Below, one piece after another: positions 37,815 to 51,758 of a DNA stretch of 64,000 bases (within the stretch, counting starts at the first letter, position 1; each line of letters opens with the position of its first letter). The stretch comes from Hypanus sabinus. Lineage: Eukaryota. The notes under the pieces are model-generated. The model was not told the DNA's origin and made no database searches. It saw only the letters and a list, made by a program, of their open reading frames with translations. The stretch is taken from positions 25,606,001 through 25,670,000 of the forward strand of contig NC_082731.1 of NCBI RefSeq assembly GCF_030144855.1, read 5' to 3'. Made by a program: the position numbers and the translations under genes.

Positions 37815-39910
37815 TGGTGCTCTTGCACGATCCTGACGAAATGAGAAGGAAGGATTCAAAGAGGGGGAAGGGGCCACAGTGGTTGACAAAGGAAGTCAGA
37901 GATTGTATAGCATTAAAGAAAAAGAAGTATGACAGGGCTAAGATGAGTGGGAAAACAGATGATTGGGAAAGTTTAAAGGAACAACAGATCTTAACTAAAA
38001 AAAGCAGTACGGAGAGAAAAAAATCAGGTATGAGCTCAGTCTAGCCAGGAATATAAATGGGGATAGCAAAAGCTTTTTTAGCTATGTGAAGAGAAAGAAA
38101 ATAGTTAAGACCAATGTTGGCCCCTTGAAGAATGAATCGGGAGAAATTGTTATGGGAAACAGGGAAATGGCAACAGAATTTAATGCGTATTTTAGATCTG
38201 TCTTCACCAGGGAGGACACAAGCAATCTCCCAGATGTATGAATGGGCCGGGGTCATAAGATATCAGAGGAATTGAAACAGATTGGCATTAGGAAAGAAAC
38301 TGTGATGAGTAGACTGATAGAACTGAAAGCTAATAAATCCCTGGGTCCAGATGGTCTGCATCCGAGGGTTCTAAAAGAGGTGGCTCAGGAAATTGCGGAT
38401 CCAATGTTCCTTAGATTCAGGATCAGTTCCTGATGATTGGAGAGTGGCTAATGTTATCCCAATTTTCAAGAAGGGAGGGAAGGAGAAAACGGAGAACTAT
38501 CGCCCTGTTAGCCTAACGTCAGTCGTGGGGAAGATGCTTGAGTCCATTATTAAGGACGAAATAGTGGAATATCTTGATGGCAGTAATAGGATGAGGCCGA
38601 GCCAGCATGGATTTACCAAGGGTAAATCATGCTTGACTAATCTGTTGGAGTTTTTTGAGGGTGTAACAAGGATGTTAGACGAGGGTAAGCCAGTGGATGT
38701 AGTGTACCTAGATTTTCAGAAGGCATCCGATAAGGTGTCACATAGGAGATTGGTGAGTAAAATCAGAGCTCATGGCATTGGGGGCAGGGTTTCAACATGG
38801 ATAGAAAACTGGTTGGCAGATAGGAAGCAAAGAGTAGCAGTGAATGTATGTTTCTCGGACTGGCTGGAGGTGACTAGTGGGGTACCACAGGGCTCTGTAT
38901 TGGGACCACAGCTCTTTACGATTTATGTCAACGATTTAGATGAGGGCATTGAAAACTATATCAGCAAGTTTGCTGACGATACTAAATTTGGTTGCAGTGT
39001 GACATGCGAAAAGGACGTTAGGAGAATACAGGGAGACTTGGATAGGCTGGGTGAGTGGGCAGATACTTGGCAGATGTCATTCAATGTGAACATATGTGAA
39101 GTTATCCACTTTGGAAGCAGGAACAAGAGGGCAGAGTATCGTCTGAACTGTGTAGAGTTAGGTAAGGAAGAAATGCAAAGAGACCTAGGAGTCCTAGTTC
39201 ATCAGTCAATGAAGGTGAATGAGCAAGTGCAACATGCAGTGAAGAGGGCAAATGGAATGTTGGCCTTTATTACAAGGGGAATTGAGTACAAGAGCAAGGA
39301 TGTCCTTTTGCATTTGTACAGGGCCCTGGTGAGACCACTCCTGGAATATTGTGTGCAGTTTTGGTCTCCAGGTTTAAGGAAGGACATTCATTTTGAGGAA
39401 TTGAGGAAGTGCAGCGCAGATTCTCTAGGTTGATTCCTGGGATGGCAGGGCTTTCTTACGCAGAGAGATTGGAGAGATTGGGCTTGTACACACTGGAATT
39501 GAGGAGATTGAAAGGGGATCTGATTGAAACGTTTAAGATAATTAAAGGATTTGATAGGATTGAGGCAGGAAATATGTTCCAGATGTTGGGAGAGTCCAGT
39601 ACCAGAGGGCATGGATTGAGAATAAGAGGTCAGTTATTTAAAACAGATTTGAGGAAAAACTTCTTCTCTCAGAGTGTTGTGGAGGTGTGGAATGTACTGC
39701 CTCGGAAGATGGTGGAGGCCAATTCTCTGGATGCTTTCAAGAAGGAGCTAGATAGATATCTGATGGATAGGGGAATCAAGGGATATGGGGACAAGGCAGG
39801 GACTGGGTATTGATAGTGAATGATCAGCCATGATCTCAGAATGGCGGTGCAGACTCGAGGGGCCGAATGGTCTACTTCTGCACCTATTGTCTATTATCTA
39901 TTGTCTATTG
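37815..39910 (+). mobile_element. Young CR1 LINE, 5'-truncated ORF2
   Basis: 346-aa ORF 38393-39433 with a complete RT core (NYRPVSLTS, QHGF.KGKSCLTNL, GVPQGSVLGP, KFADDTK), a frameshifted C-terminus 39409-39813, and a ctattgt tail. Confidence 0.95.
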
Positions 39911-42900
39911 CCTGCTGCGTTCCACCAGCATTTGTTGTGCGTTGCTTGAATTTTAAGCATCTGCAGATTCCCTCGTGTTTGCCGGATAACATCATTCACT
40001 TGGTTGATCAAATGTCAGTTTTGTGTATAGGAATACATGGCGTACGAGCCCGTTTACTATCACACTGCGGGTTGCGGCATGTGAGCTTTTAGTGCACAGT
40101 CACGCAGGTGACCTACTGTAGTGCAATGGGAGGTGCCCACTGGGTCTACAGTAATGTGTATTACACTTTTGTTTTCTATGAAACTTATAGAGTTTGCGGG
40201 CGTCACACTTGTGCGAATGTTGGTTTATAACTTTCACAATTTTCAAGGGGTGGTGTATCATATGGGGGGTGGGTCATGCTGATTGTCGGAAGTCACTTCA
40301 GTCGTGATCGGTTAGTTTAGAGACTCCAGCTATTATCCCATTATTTCTAAGTTTAATTGCTTTATTTTTCACTTTCAGAGTTCTGTTGAAGACCCTGACC
40401 TGGAGATGCACGCCGACTACATTTGGTTGTGGGAATCGGATTAACTCTCGGTGTCTTACGATTGACCTCTAGTCGATATACCAAATAATGTTCGCAGCCT
40501 AGGAAGCAAGCACGCCTTCGGGATTCCGAGACTTCGTGGCTCTGCGGCCGGGCGCTCTTGAGTTTGGTGTCCCCGCGGAAATCCGTGTCTCGTAGGAAAC
40601 AAAAGATCGAAAGCAGCAAGGCAACTGCTGGCTTTGCACCTTAGACGCGAGTTCTTTGGGCACTGCTCGGAAGAAGTGACTTAATTAATTTCTAACATTG
40701 TAAATCAGCGAATTGTTTGTTATGCCTCCCCTGTGGCTATAAAACGAAGAGATTATTTCTCCCTTGTTAGTGGGAACCTGTGGTATTTCGAATTCCCGGG
40801 TTAACGAGTAGTCTTTGGCGTACTGCAAGTCAATGTCTTTATTTTTCGGCTGCATGCTTGAATAATGGGCACGGGGTGCCGACGTTTTTTGTTGCTGTTG
40901 GGGGAAGGGGGGTCGTTGCTTTGCTGCTGCTTACGCGTGGGAGTGGGGAAGCTGTGGGGGCTTTGGTGTTCCAACATGTCTTTCCTTTTCTGGGATACTC
41001 CACTGTTTTCGTGGATGGGATGAAACGGAATTTCACAATGTATATTGCAGAAATTTCTCTGACATTAAATGTACTTTTGAAGATCTTGAAACCATCGGTT
41101 AGGTGCCCAGTGATCAGCTTCAAATATCCAGTGTATATAGAGAGAGCTCATGTGGGCGGGTATTTCTCCCGCACTTAGTTTAAGGCAAGCGGTACACTGG
41201 GCATTCGGGCGTTTTGCTCTGAGGGTGCTTTTAAACATATATGTTTGTTGGATGCACGTACGTATGACGAAAATTCAGCTTTGTAGTGTCTTCATTTGAG
41301 CAATCTGAACGTGTGGTAGAATTTTTTTCCGTTTGTAAATAAATGATTCATATACCTATCTGGAAACAATAACTTTTGTCTCACTTGCCACACCCACAAA
41401 CCTGATTCAACATTACACTGAAGAGGCGTCAGCGAACAGGAATGCGGAGCTGTGATTAGCCGCACAATCATAAGGAGAAAACGAGTAGAGCAGCGTCTAA
41501 GAACATCGCATCGTCATGCACCTGTAATGATGGAAATCGTGGAAGCGGTCTGGTTTCCTATCCGAAACGAGCATGGTCTGCAAATTAGGAAATCGAGTAT
41601 ACAGTTGCTCAAGGAAATTTTGAGGCCAACGTGTTTGGAGTTTATATAATAGTTCTAAGAGGACGATTAAATTGAATGCTCAGCAGCAGTCGATAACGAT
41701 CATCCTGATATATTCGCATGTTTACTCTGCAGATGGATCAGTGTTGAGTGGGGAGTCAATGAGATGCCTTTTTCAGTGGAAACTGATGTTCAGATAGTTT
41801 CTAAAGCAGAGATTGTTATGTTTCCTCACCAACTCCTGAAAATACTTCATCACTGTGTTTGAAAGTACGAGTAGCCGATAGTCTTTGAGGCAGGACACCA
41901 GACTCTCCTTAGTTGGCGATGTAATTGAAGTCTCTTGAATCAGACCAATACCTCAGACTGCCACGGCGGGAGACTAAAGATCCCAGTGAAAACTCCAGCC
42001 AGTTGATCCGCACGAGTCTTTAGTACTTGGCAAACTGTCTTATCTGGGCCAGGTAATTTTCGCACGTTCACACTCTGAAGGCTGCTCACAAATCAGACTC
42101 AGAGACAGAAGTCAAGGGTAACCGGGGCTGCCGGATTTCATGGTAGTTCGTCTCTGTTTCAACCGTCAAAGTGAGGACAGTAAGCATTGAACGAATTGGA
42201 ACTTTAAGACCTGGTGTCGCTAATGTCACTTGATTTGAGTTCTAAGAAGTGATATTATGCAAGCCCTGCCACAACTATCAGGCATCTTTCGTTGATTCAA
42301 GTATGCCTCTCATTTGGTCAACAGCAAATTGCGGATCTCGTCCTTCAGAAAGGATTTCTGATTGTAAAAGTCTGTGGTCTATTTTTTGGGAACAGCCTCT
42401 TAATAACTGTTTTGATAATATATGGTTCTGTTTTTGTTTTACATAGTGCCGGTGTAAACTTCGTCTCCAATATCCTGTAACAGTGGATCAGAAATCCGTC
42501 TGAAATTCCAGTTCTTTTGAAAGATCCTCAGCTTGTAAATCTGGCTCCGTTCCTCCCTTTCCGAACCTGGTTGCCTTGTTGAAATCCGAAGCACTCGTCT
42601 CTTTTTATCTCATGGGTATACCTTTGGTTACAAAGATACTTGCGGATCTCAGTTGTTTTTTTTAATTTGGCCACTGCGGCCAATTAATGGCAAATTGTTC
42701 TTAAGTTGCTGTTATTTTTTTCTCAATATGTTCCCAGCCAAATGTGATATAAAGTTTCCCCAAAACGGGGAGACTCAGTACTAATGGATTACAGTTATCT
42801 GTCTAGAATACTGCACCATGTGCTGCCAACAATGCAGGTTTCGCCCGGTGTGGATGACGCAAAGGACAACGTCCCGGTCGACAGTCAGTATTAATTACAT

Positions 42901-43164
42901 CGTGCGACAGAACGCCGTAGTAACACGCTCAGCATCCAGTGAGCGAAGGTTTCTAACACCACAATCAATATGTGTCAAGCGCATCGCCACACTAATATGA
43001 AAGGCGGTGATGATGTTTTACAGTTCACCGTCTCAGCTTCAACAGAGCGCTTGTAGCTAGATGAAAAATAACCCTTTGTAATTTTAGGCTATCCTGCTAT
43101 TTTCTGATGAAAACCTGATCAACTAACTCGCTCTCATTTGTGTCTCTCTGCATGAGTCTAATCT

Positions 43165-43920
43165 ATATTGGGACACTTTGGAAGGAGAAATTCCAAGTCA
43201 GATTGCAAAGTAAATGGCAGGGTACTTGGTAGTGTGGGGGAGCAGAGGGATCTGGGGGTACATATCCCCAGATCCCTGAAAGTTGTATCACAAGTAGACA
43301 GGGTACGGAGTGTTAGCTTTCATAAGTCGAGGGATATTTTAAGAGACGCGATGTAATGATGCAGCTCGATAAAACTCTGTTCAGGCCACACTTGGAGTAC
43401 TGTGTCCAGTTCTGGCTGCTTCACTATAGGAAGGATGTGGAAGCATTGGAAAGGGTACAGAGGAGATTTACCAGGATGATGCATGGATTAGAGAATATGG
43501 ATTATTATCAGAGATTAAGGAAGCTAGGGGTATACTCTTTGGAGAGAAGGAAAATGAGAGGAGACATGATCGAGGTGTACAAGATATCAAGAGGAATAAA
43601 CAGAGTGGACTGCAAGAGCCTCTCCACCAGGGAATTACTGCTCAGTACAAGAGGACATGGCTTTAAGGTAAGGGGAGGGAAGTTCAAGGGGGATATTACA
43701 GGAAGGATTTTCACTCAGAGAGTGGTTGATATGTTGAATGCACTTCCTGGGTCAGTGGAGGAGGCAGATACAATAGTGAAGTTTATGAGACCACAAGACA
43801 AGTATGTGTAGGAATTTAAGGTGGTGGGTTATATGGGAGGCAGTGTTTGAGGATCGGCACAACATTGTGGGCCGAAGGGCCTGTAACGTGCTGTACTATT
43901 CTATGCTCTATGTTCTGTCT
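43165..43920 (+). mobile_element. CR1 3' fragment
   Basis: RPHLEYCVQFW...LERVQRRFTRM...RGHGFKVRGGKFKGD. Confidence 0.9.
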
Positions 43921-45364
43921 ATGAATCACTTCCCAAAGCGTTCTTCCCCGTCGCTTTATTGTTAACCAAAGAGTACAATTCCAGATTTCCAGAAATATTG
44001 GAATTCCGAAAGCCATCTCTGACACCACACGAGGAACCAAATATATCACTTTCTCACATCTGCTTAAGATGTGAAAAAGATCCCCAGCCAGTCTGGGAAA
44101 CAGCTGATCAGATGATTCCTTCCCTCTATTTGAGAAACCTTGCAAAGTATTAGACTCCATCCATTGATGCACGCTCCACCTTCTGAAGGCAATTCCGTGC
44201 CCCTGTGTTTTGTTAACACTGGTGAATGGATTTTGTCGTGATAACTTTCACAAACCTTCCCTTCTCCTTCCTGTACTATATGGCATCGTTATTTTAAATA
44301 AGAGTCTTTACAGTTGCATCACCTACAAACGCATAGGTGAAATAACTGTTGAACTGTGCTTTTATTGTCGCAATTCGATATGTTTGCAGAATTAAGTTAT
44401 CATACAGCATTTGAGATAGCTCAGTAAAGTTACTGAATCAGAAATAAATATATTGCAAATAACCCGCCTCTTCCAAAAACCGGTTAAGAATCGACACAGT
44501 ACAAAAACTTCTTACTTGATTTGAGCTATATTTCTTTCAGGTTATGCCCTTCCCTGTCAGTTATTCTTTAGAATAGTGTGTTGCACGCTTAGGTAATTAT
44601 GCCAGGATGGTATGATTTGATTAAGCTGCTTGCCCGGATTGTCTTATCATAATTCAGCAAGGGAAGATGGGAAAGCTAAATTCGAGGTTTTCAGATTAAC
44701 TCACGGGATGCACAAAAAATGAAAAGGTGTCTTTGTATGCGTCAATGGATTTACGTGGAAAATATATAATTCGCTGAACATGAGCACAGATTAAAAATAG
44801 AGTACTGTAATAAAATATATTCAGTGAAATAGCGATAGACATTTCAAGAGATACCTGGGGGAATGGTTCTATGGGGGTAGTACATGGCGTTCAAGAGAGG
44901 AAAAAAGTAGAAAGAATAAACATAAACGTTCAGAGTTGAATTTTGACAGTGAAATATTGTCGAAGACACTGGAGCGGAAAAGGAATTAGGAGAAGATAGA
45001 GAGGAAACAAAAAAGCGTACGAAGGCATGCTACAGATGCGAGAAGAAAAGCGAAGCCAAGGAAGAATCAGAACCAGAAACAGATTTAATATCAGTGGTAT
45101 ATATCGTGAGCTTTTTATGCGAGTGCGGTATATTGCAAAGCATATTTCTAAAAGTTGCAAATTACTGTAAAGTGCTATTCCTGAATCGTTGAGTGTGCGC
45201 CTTCAGGCTCCTGTACCAGTTCCCTGATGGCACCACTCAGAGGATCGCATGCCCTGAATGATTGTTTTTCTTAATGTTGTACGAACCCTTTTAGAGGCAG
45301 CTCTCTTTCCAGATGTCTTGTAGTGTCTTTCCATACCAGAAGGTGATGTATCTGATAACGATGA

Positions 45365-45798
45365 NNNNNNNNNNNNNNNNNNNNNNNNNNNNNNNNNNNN
45401 NNNNNNNNNNNNNNNNNNNNNNNNNNNNNNNNNNNNNNNNNNNNNNNNNNNNNNNNNNNNNNNNNNNNNNNNNNNNNNNNNNNNNNNNNNNNNNNNNNNN
45501 NNNNNNNNNNNNNNNNNNNNNNNNNNNNNNNNNNNNNNNNNNNNNNNNNNNNNNNNNNNNNNNNNNNNNNNNNNNNNNNNNNNNNNNNNNNNNNNNNNNN
45601 NNNNNNNNNNNNNNNNNNNNNNNNNNNNNNNNNNNNNNNNNNNNNNNNNNNNNNNNNNNNNNNNNNNNNNNNNNNNNNNNNNNNNNNNNNNNNNNNNNNN
45701 NNNNNNNNNNNNNNNNNNNNNNNNNNNNNNNNNNNNNNNNNNNNNNNNNNNNNNNNNNNNNNNNNNNNNNNNNNNNNNNNNNNNNNNNNNNNNNNNNN
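45365..45798. other. Assembly gap (N run)
   Basis: 434 N. Confidence 1.
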
Positions 45799-46099
45799 TG
45801 GAAATGGTCTGGCACGGTGGAAGCATTTGGAAGCAAAGCATTTCACGTCAGACACGTACCCTACAGTTCTCCTTTGACCTGTGAATGACTCCAAATTTCT
45901 ATTCTATCCATCCATTTATAATCTTGAAAACTTCCTTATGATCACCTGTCAACCTCCTGCGTCCTGTTATATCCAGAGATATCCAATCTCTCATTATCGC
46001 GAGAATAAGATGTGCAGACTAGGACTATGGCCCCTAGAGCCAAATCATTTCGGTCAACAAGACTATTCTATTGCTCATGCATCGCTGGGAGATTTCCCA

Positions 46100-47310
46100 G
46101 ACGTTTCCACAACAGAGCAACAACCACGCACTTCCTTCTTCATTTTGTTCATGTCTGCGTTGTAACTTGATAAGGCATTTGAAAGGGCTTATTGAGAAAG
46201 TAAGGAAGCATGGGATCCAAGGGGAACTTGGATCGGTGATACAGAAACGGCTTGCTTACAAAATGCGAAGAGTTGTTGTAGACGGATCACATTCTGCATG
46301 GAGGTCGGTGACCATTGGTGTACCTGAGGGATATGTTCTGGGACTCCTTCTCCTAGTAATTTTTAGAAATGACCTTGACGAGGAAATGTACGGATGGGAT
46401 AGTAATTTTACTGAGGACACAAAGTTTGGGGGTCTTGTAGAATGTGCGGAAGGCTGTCAGAGTTTACAACGGGACATCGATAGGATGCAAAACTTGACTG
46501 AGAAGTAGCAGATGGAGTTCAAGGCAGATAAGTGTGGTGTGATTCATTTGGGTAGGTCACACATGATGGCAGAATATATAATTAATTGTAAGACTCTTGC
46601 CCGTGTGGGGGATCGGAGGGATCTTGGGTTCCGAGTCCATATGATAATCAAAGCCTCTGCTCTGGTTTACCCTTTAATTAAGTAGGCATACGATGCATTG
46701 GCCTTAATCAACCGTGGTATTTATTTTAAGAGACGCAGGATAATGCCACAGCTATATAGGACCATGCTGAGACACCAGTTGGTGTGCTGTTCTCAGTTCG
46801 GGCCGCCTCACTACAGGAAGGATGTGGAAACTACAGAAACGGTACAGCCGAGACTTACTTTCATTTTGATTGCATTGAGGAGCATATCTTACGAGAATAA
46901 GTTGAGTGAACTTAGCATTTTCTCCTTGAAGTGACGGAGGATGAAAGGTGACCTGATACAGATGTATAAGATGATGAGAGGTAGTGACCGTGTGGATCGT
47001 CAGAGGCTTTGTTCACAGGTCTGAAATGGCTATTACGAGAGGGCGCAGTTTTAAGGTGTTTGGAAGTAGGCACAGATGAGGTATCAGGGGTACGTATTTT
47101 TACGCAGAGTGGTGAGTGCGGAGAATGGGCTGTCGACGATGGCAATGGACGTGGATGAGATATGGTCTTTTTAAAAGACACTCCTGGATAGGTACTTGGA
47201 GCATAGAGAATTAGTGGGGTATGGGTAACCCTAGGTAATTTCTAACGTAAATACATGTATGGGACAGCATACTGTGTCGAAAGGCCTGTAGAGTGTTTTT
47301 TTTCTGTTTC
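46100..47310 (+). mobile_element. CR1 RT 3' fragment, degenerate
   Basis: WRSVTIGVPEG.VLG.LL, FTEDTKFGG, and CR1 tail. Confidence 0.85.
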
Positions 47311-49559
47311 TAATTACTATTTGTTGCCTATTATTGATGACGGTCTGTTCTACGGATGCTCCTATTGCTACCACATTTGTAAATGTCTTGTTACTGTATA
47401 ACATTTGTAACCTTCAAAGAAAATACGGATGTATGCTTTAACAAATGACTGGAGGTAACACTTAACCTAAGGTTGTGTAAATGTGAAGCTTTCCTCACAA
47501 ACAAATTATGCCATTCAACGGTACAGATGCAAACATCGTTGGATTTCAAACTTCATGTTATACTGCAAGTATTTCCTGTCATGTAGGATGGCAGTGTTAT
47601 TGCTTCGAACAAGTGGGTGTTCCAATGTAATCAGCGAGCATAATTTCCTTCTAATAATGTAAATTCAAATCGCAGAAGATTGATACTTACGCTCATTTTC
47701 AAGCGTGTGCAGTCAACAAGTTGTCTATACACTCAGCGAAAGCGAGAGGACTGCTTCGGAAAAAGTAATGGGCAAAAGTACATAACAGCTCCGAATTCCT
47801 TCACAACGCTACATATCTCAATAGCCTATTATTCCTCGTTCTTCTTCATTTTGTAATTTCAGATAATTCGTCAAAAATACTTTTCGGAATAATTCAGATT
47901 CATACGTTTTTGATCGTATATCCACCCAAACACCTTTTCATTTGACATGACGTCAACTTTTACGGCATTAGTTTCCACTCCAACGCTTCAGGTATTTTGT
48001 GCTATGTAATGAACGTCGTGTGCATGAAAATAGTACTTGCTCTGACTTTGAAAGAGGTACTTTATGTGTTAGGTTAACGGCACCTGACGCCCTGACACTT
48101 TGTAAGATCACCAAGTTGCCTAAAGGATACACATTCCATTGTTTCATCTGCAGAAAGATATGAAGAATTTTTTTTTTTTTACATACAAGGGAAGCATTAA
48201 TGCGGAGAACATTGAGTGGTTCTAAATATTTTGCCCAACATGACGGTTTTTCATTAATAAAATATGTTTTTGCTGCGCAAAATTTAGACTTGCAATGGAC
48301 AAATCTCCTCTAAAGAATATGGGTATTTCCATATTCTGTCATCCTCTTGCAAATTCTGGCGACGTCCTTCGCATTTTTGAACAACCACTTATATTGCGTA
48401 TTTCGCGCTGGCTAATTGCATATTTTGTGCGCTCGGATACACCAGCAGTACATCCCGATTCAAAGGGTGGTCATGATGGTCTAAAAATGACGTTGATTTT
48501 ACATACTTGATTATCTCCTGCAAAGGTTGATAACTTTATCATGCAGCTCTGCATGTTGGTATGCGGACTAAACACTTTGTCTCCGAATTTGTGTGCCATT
48601 TATAATGTTTTAGTCTCTATTTTCTTAAATATGAATAACTTTCTAAAATCTTTGATATATTATTGAAAACTTTAGGAGCAGTGTGATATCATTCAGATAT
48701 TCTTACGCATGTTTCAATATCCTAATTGTAAACAACGCATATCATGTTTCACATTCTGCCTGCATCCTAGGTGTGTCCGGCAACAACGACATGGCACACA
48801 ATATGATGCATTCCGGCAGCGAGATCTCACTCACTCTCTCTCTCTCTATCTTTCTTTCTTTCTTTCTGTTGTATCTTCAGTTTCTGCTGAACGTGAGACG
48901 CAGTGCATGATAGCATCACTCTATGTCTTACAAAAAAGAAGACATGAACACATTAACTACATTACCTGCGCCATCCGGGCAGTTGCAAAATTACCAATGG
49001 TACGGAAGGCAGGTCAGAAGCGTTGGTGCTACAAATGCTTCAACAGCGTTGGAGTCGATTTAGGCTCTTATTTTTTCATATCACAATAGGTCATTATTCT
49101 GAGGAATCTGCATCTTTGAAATGGGAGTCAAGAATTAAAGGAGAGAGCCTTTCGATCAGAGCGAGAGAGTATGGTAATTTCATTCATCATTTTAAGTGTG
49201 TGGGGACCGTAGCTCGAGGGTGGTTTTGCCTTATTTTCGCTGCTGGCTCTAATGTTCTAACATTTGGATTTGCCTATGATATAACTAACTGTATTACAGA
49301 CTCACCAGTGTACACCATGACTCCCAGATTATATACAATGCCCTAATTTAAAAAGGCCAGAATACTAAATCTTTTGTATTACCTGCTACTTATGCCTCCG
49401 TTTTAATGGAAAATCTGTCGTGATTTTTTTTTTATCTTCTTTAATGTGCACTAGTCTATTTATTTCTGTGTGATTCACAAAATCGCGAACCATGCTTAGA
49501 TAAATTTCAGAGTCGGTGACATGTTAAACAAGCAACACCGATCTGGAGTCTAACCTGAG

Positions 49560-50900
49560 AAGTAACGTTCCATTATTACTCCCTGCGTATTTCATCCAGC
49601 CCGTTGTGGATCCGTTCAGTCAGTATGGACGCCATGAGATCTAAACTTCCAGAGCAGCTATATATTCAGCCTTACCAAAATCTCACTGACGTCCATATAA
49701 CCCATACCTACTACGGTAACCTCCTCAGTTTTCTTGGTGCATCATTAGACAAATAAATCAATATAGAAGGCATGATCTCGTAAGCACAACGCCATACTTA
49801 TTACATCCAAACAGCCGCTTTCATTACAGATATTTCAGGAACCCTCCGAATCCTTGCACTAACCTACTTAAACCGTACGTTAGATCTACTTTTCTGTAAA
49901 TCCGTCATTTTTATTTGTAAATCTTAATGAATAAAGCACAACATTTGCCATCCACTACTCTGCCCGTTAACAATGGTGATGCAAGTAACTCAGCTACGGC
50001 TCCAGGATATTGTTTTTCTCTCGACTCCTGCGGTGCACTTAGATATATGCAGCTAGTTCTATCTAGCTTAATAGATTTTAAGAAGTAGGGAACCTCGTCT
50101 GTTGTAATGCAGACTCAAACAAGAACGCCCCCCTTGCATTTGTTGTTTCTGAAGCCATGCCTTTCTATGCGGTAAAAACAGAAAAGAAATATTTCTTCAG
50201 GGCCTTGCACACTAACTACAGCTGCATGTACATATGTTTTAATTGCTTGGAAGGAGCAGTAATCTCCCTTTAGCTGCTCTTTATTTTCCTTGAATTAGCA
50301 TAAATTTTCTTTGACATCTCCTTAAGTTCCTCTCCCAAGGCCATCTCCTGCCTTATGTTTTCACTGATGATTGCTATTCCACTACATTCTGGCGTGCCAT
50401 ATACCGTTCCATCTAGTCATCTGGTCGCAGAGGCCTCTTTCTGAACGATGCTTCCACATTTTTCCACGCCAGGGCATCAATATCCCTTATTATGCCGGGT
50501 ACACTCCTATTAATATTCCTGCCATTCACTAGTACATGAACATGAAAACTTTGAACTCTCACTGTTGCACTTTAAAGGTTTTGCACTTCCCTGTAGTCTT
50601 TTTTACATTCAACCGAACGACTCCAATTAATCTTTCCAAGCAACTTTCTGAGACCGTAGGAAGTCGACCTATTCCAATTTAATCTTCAAAATTCCGATCG
50701 GTTCTATCTCTCATCATAGTTATGTTGAAACTAATATATCCATGGCTATTAAACACAAATTTCTCCCGCATTGACACATCAGTTATCTTTCCGGCACTAC
50801 AATCGAGGAATGTGTCGAGGTTTGCCCTTTCCCTAGTAAGACACTCTATAGATTCCCAAGGAAACATTTCGACAACGTACTTAACAAATTACCTCCAATT
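49560..50900 (-). mobile_element. Highly degenerate CR1 ORF2 fragment
   Basis: Reverse-strand similarity to CR1 RT (ctggtatt/aagtgg...tgtcaatgcgggag, NYRPI-like) with no intact ORF. Confidence 0.55.
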
Positions 50901-51595
50901 AAAAAAAAAACAATAGAGTAGTTCGTCAGATACAGGTTGTGACATCGAAGTTTAAAACCTCGACTACGACAACGTATTATTCTCACAATGCTTCACAGTG
51001 CCGCTGTATGATTGTTCTTCTGATTTCCATTGGCTATTTTGCAGAATGTTATACAAACCCCTAATGCCATCATTCCTGCTTATTTTTCAGTTCCCTCAAA
51101 ATGTCTCGGTGGATAAGCGATTAGTAATTTCATCGCTGTCTACGACTGGTGTATCACAATTAATCTGAATACATCTTCCAAACCTCCCTAATTTCCATTT
51201 GCCTAAATGCTCTGTTTCCTGGAACATTTAGTTGGCAGTCATATTCCCCCCTTAACTATATTGCCGTAATGGCTGGAATATCCCAGCCTCATGTACCTCT
51301 GTAGAACCTAAGTTATCCAGTCGTATTTATCACACCACAGGCATTCCTAAATACAATCTGTTCCAACAGATGTTCTTCTCTCCCTATCATTCTCCTGCCT
51401 GACATGCCCATTCAGCTTGCTGTCACTGATATCTACAACGCCTCTAACCAAACATTTTCGCTCTCGGATGCTTGATGCGACCACAGATAAATCGAGATTA
51501 AAACTGGCATACGCAATTAAACACAGGCAACGCTTAAAGCCGGAACAACGCAATTTCATATTGCATAGAATCCTCTGATCTGATAAGCGGTATAA

Positions 51596-51603
51596 TGACG
51601 TCG
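51596..51603 (+). promoter_or_regulatory. CRE-like element upstream of the V2 leader
   Basis: TGACGTCG (7/8 match to TGACGTCA) about 110 nt upstream of ATG 51713. Confidence 0.5.
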
Positions 51604-51712
51604 TAGACACACGAGATTATCAGCCACGCCTGCGATCACGCTTCCCACTTCGAAGCAAATTCTTTATGCTGCGGTGGCTCCAGATTCTGCTGGCTAACAA
51701 ATTTCTTCTGAA

Positions 51713-51758
51713 ATGAAAGTCGACACATTCCTCGTTGTGATGCTGTCTCTTGTGTTCA
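51713..51758 (+). CDS. Leader (signal peptide) exon of V segment V2, MKVDTFLVVMLSLVF
   Basis: ATG at 51713; 15 codons + 1 nt with a hydrophobic core, then donor GTGAGT. It has the same 46-nt size as the V1 leader and splices in phase 1 over a 1566-bp intron, giving ...LVF-K-ARA/DLVLTQ. Confidence 0.8.

Noticed and set aside
42880-43060. Minus-strand V-like fragments (ETVNC...VWR; DA..YYGVLS + CACGATG)
   Set aside because: Trp-to-YYC spacing is far too short, the Cys is absent, and there is no nonamer.
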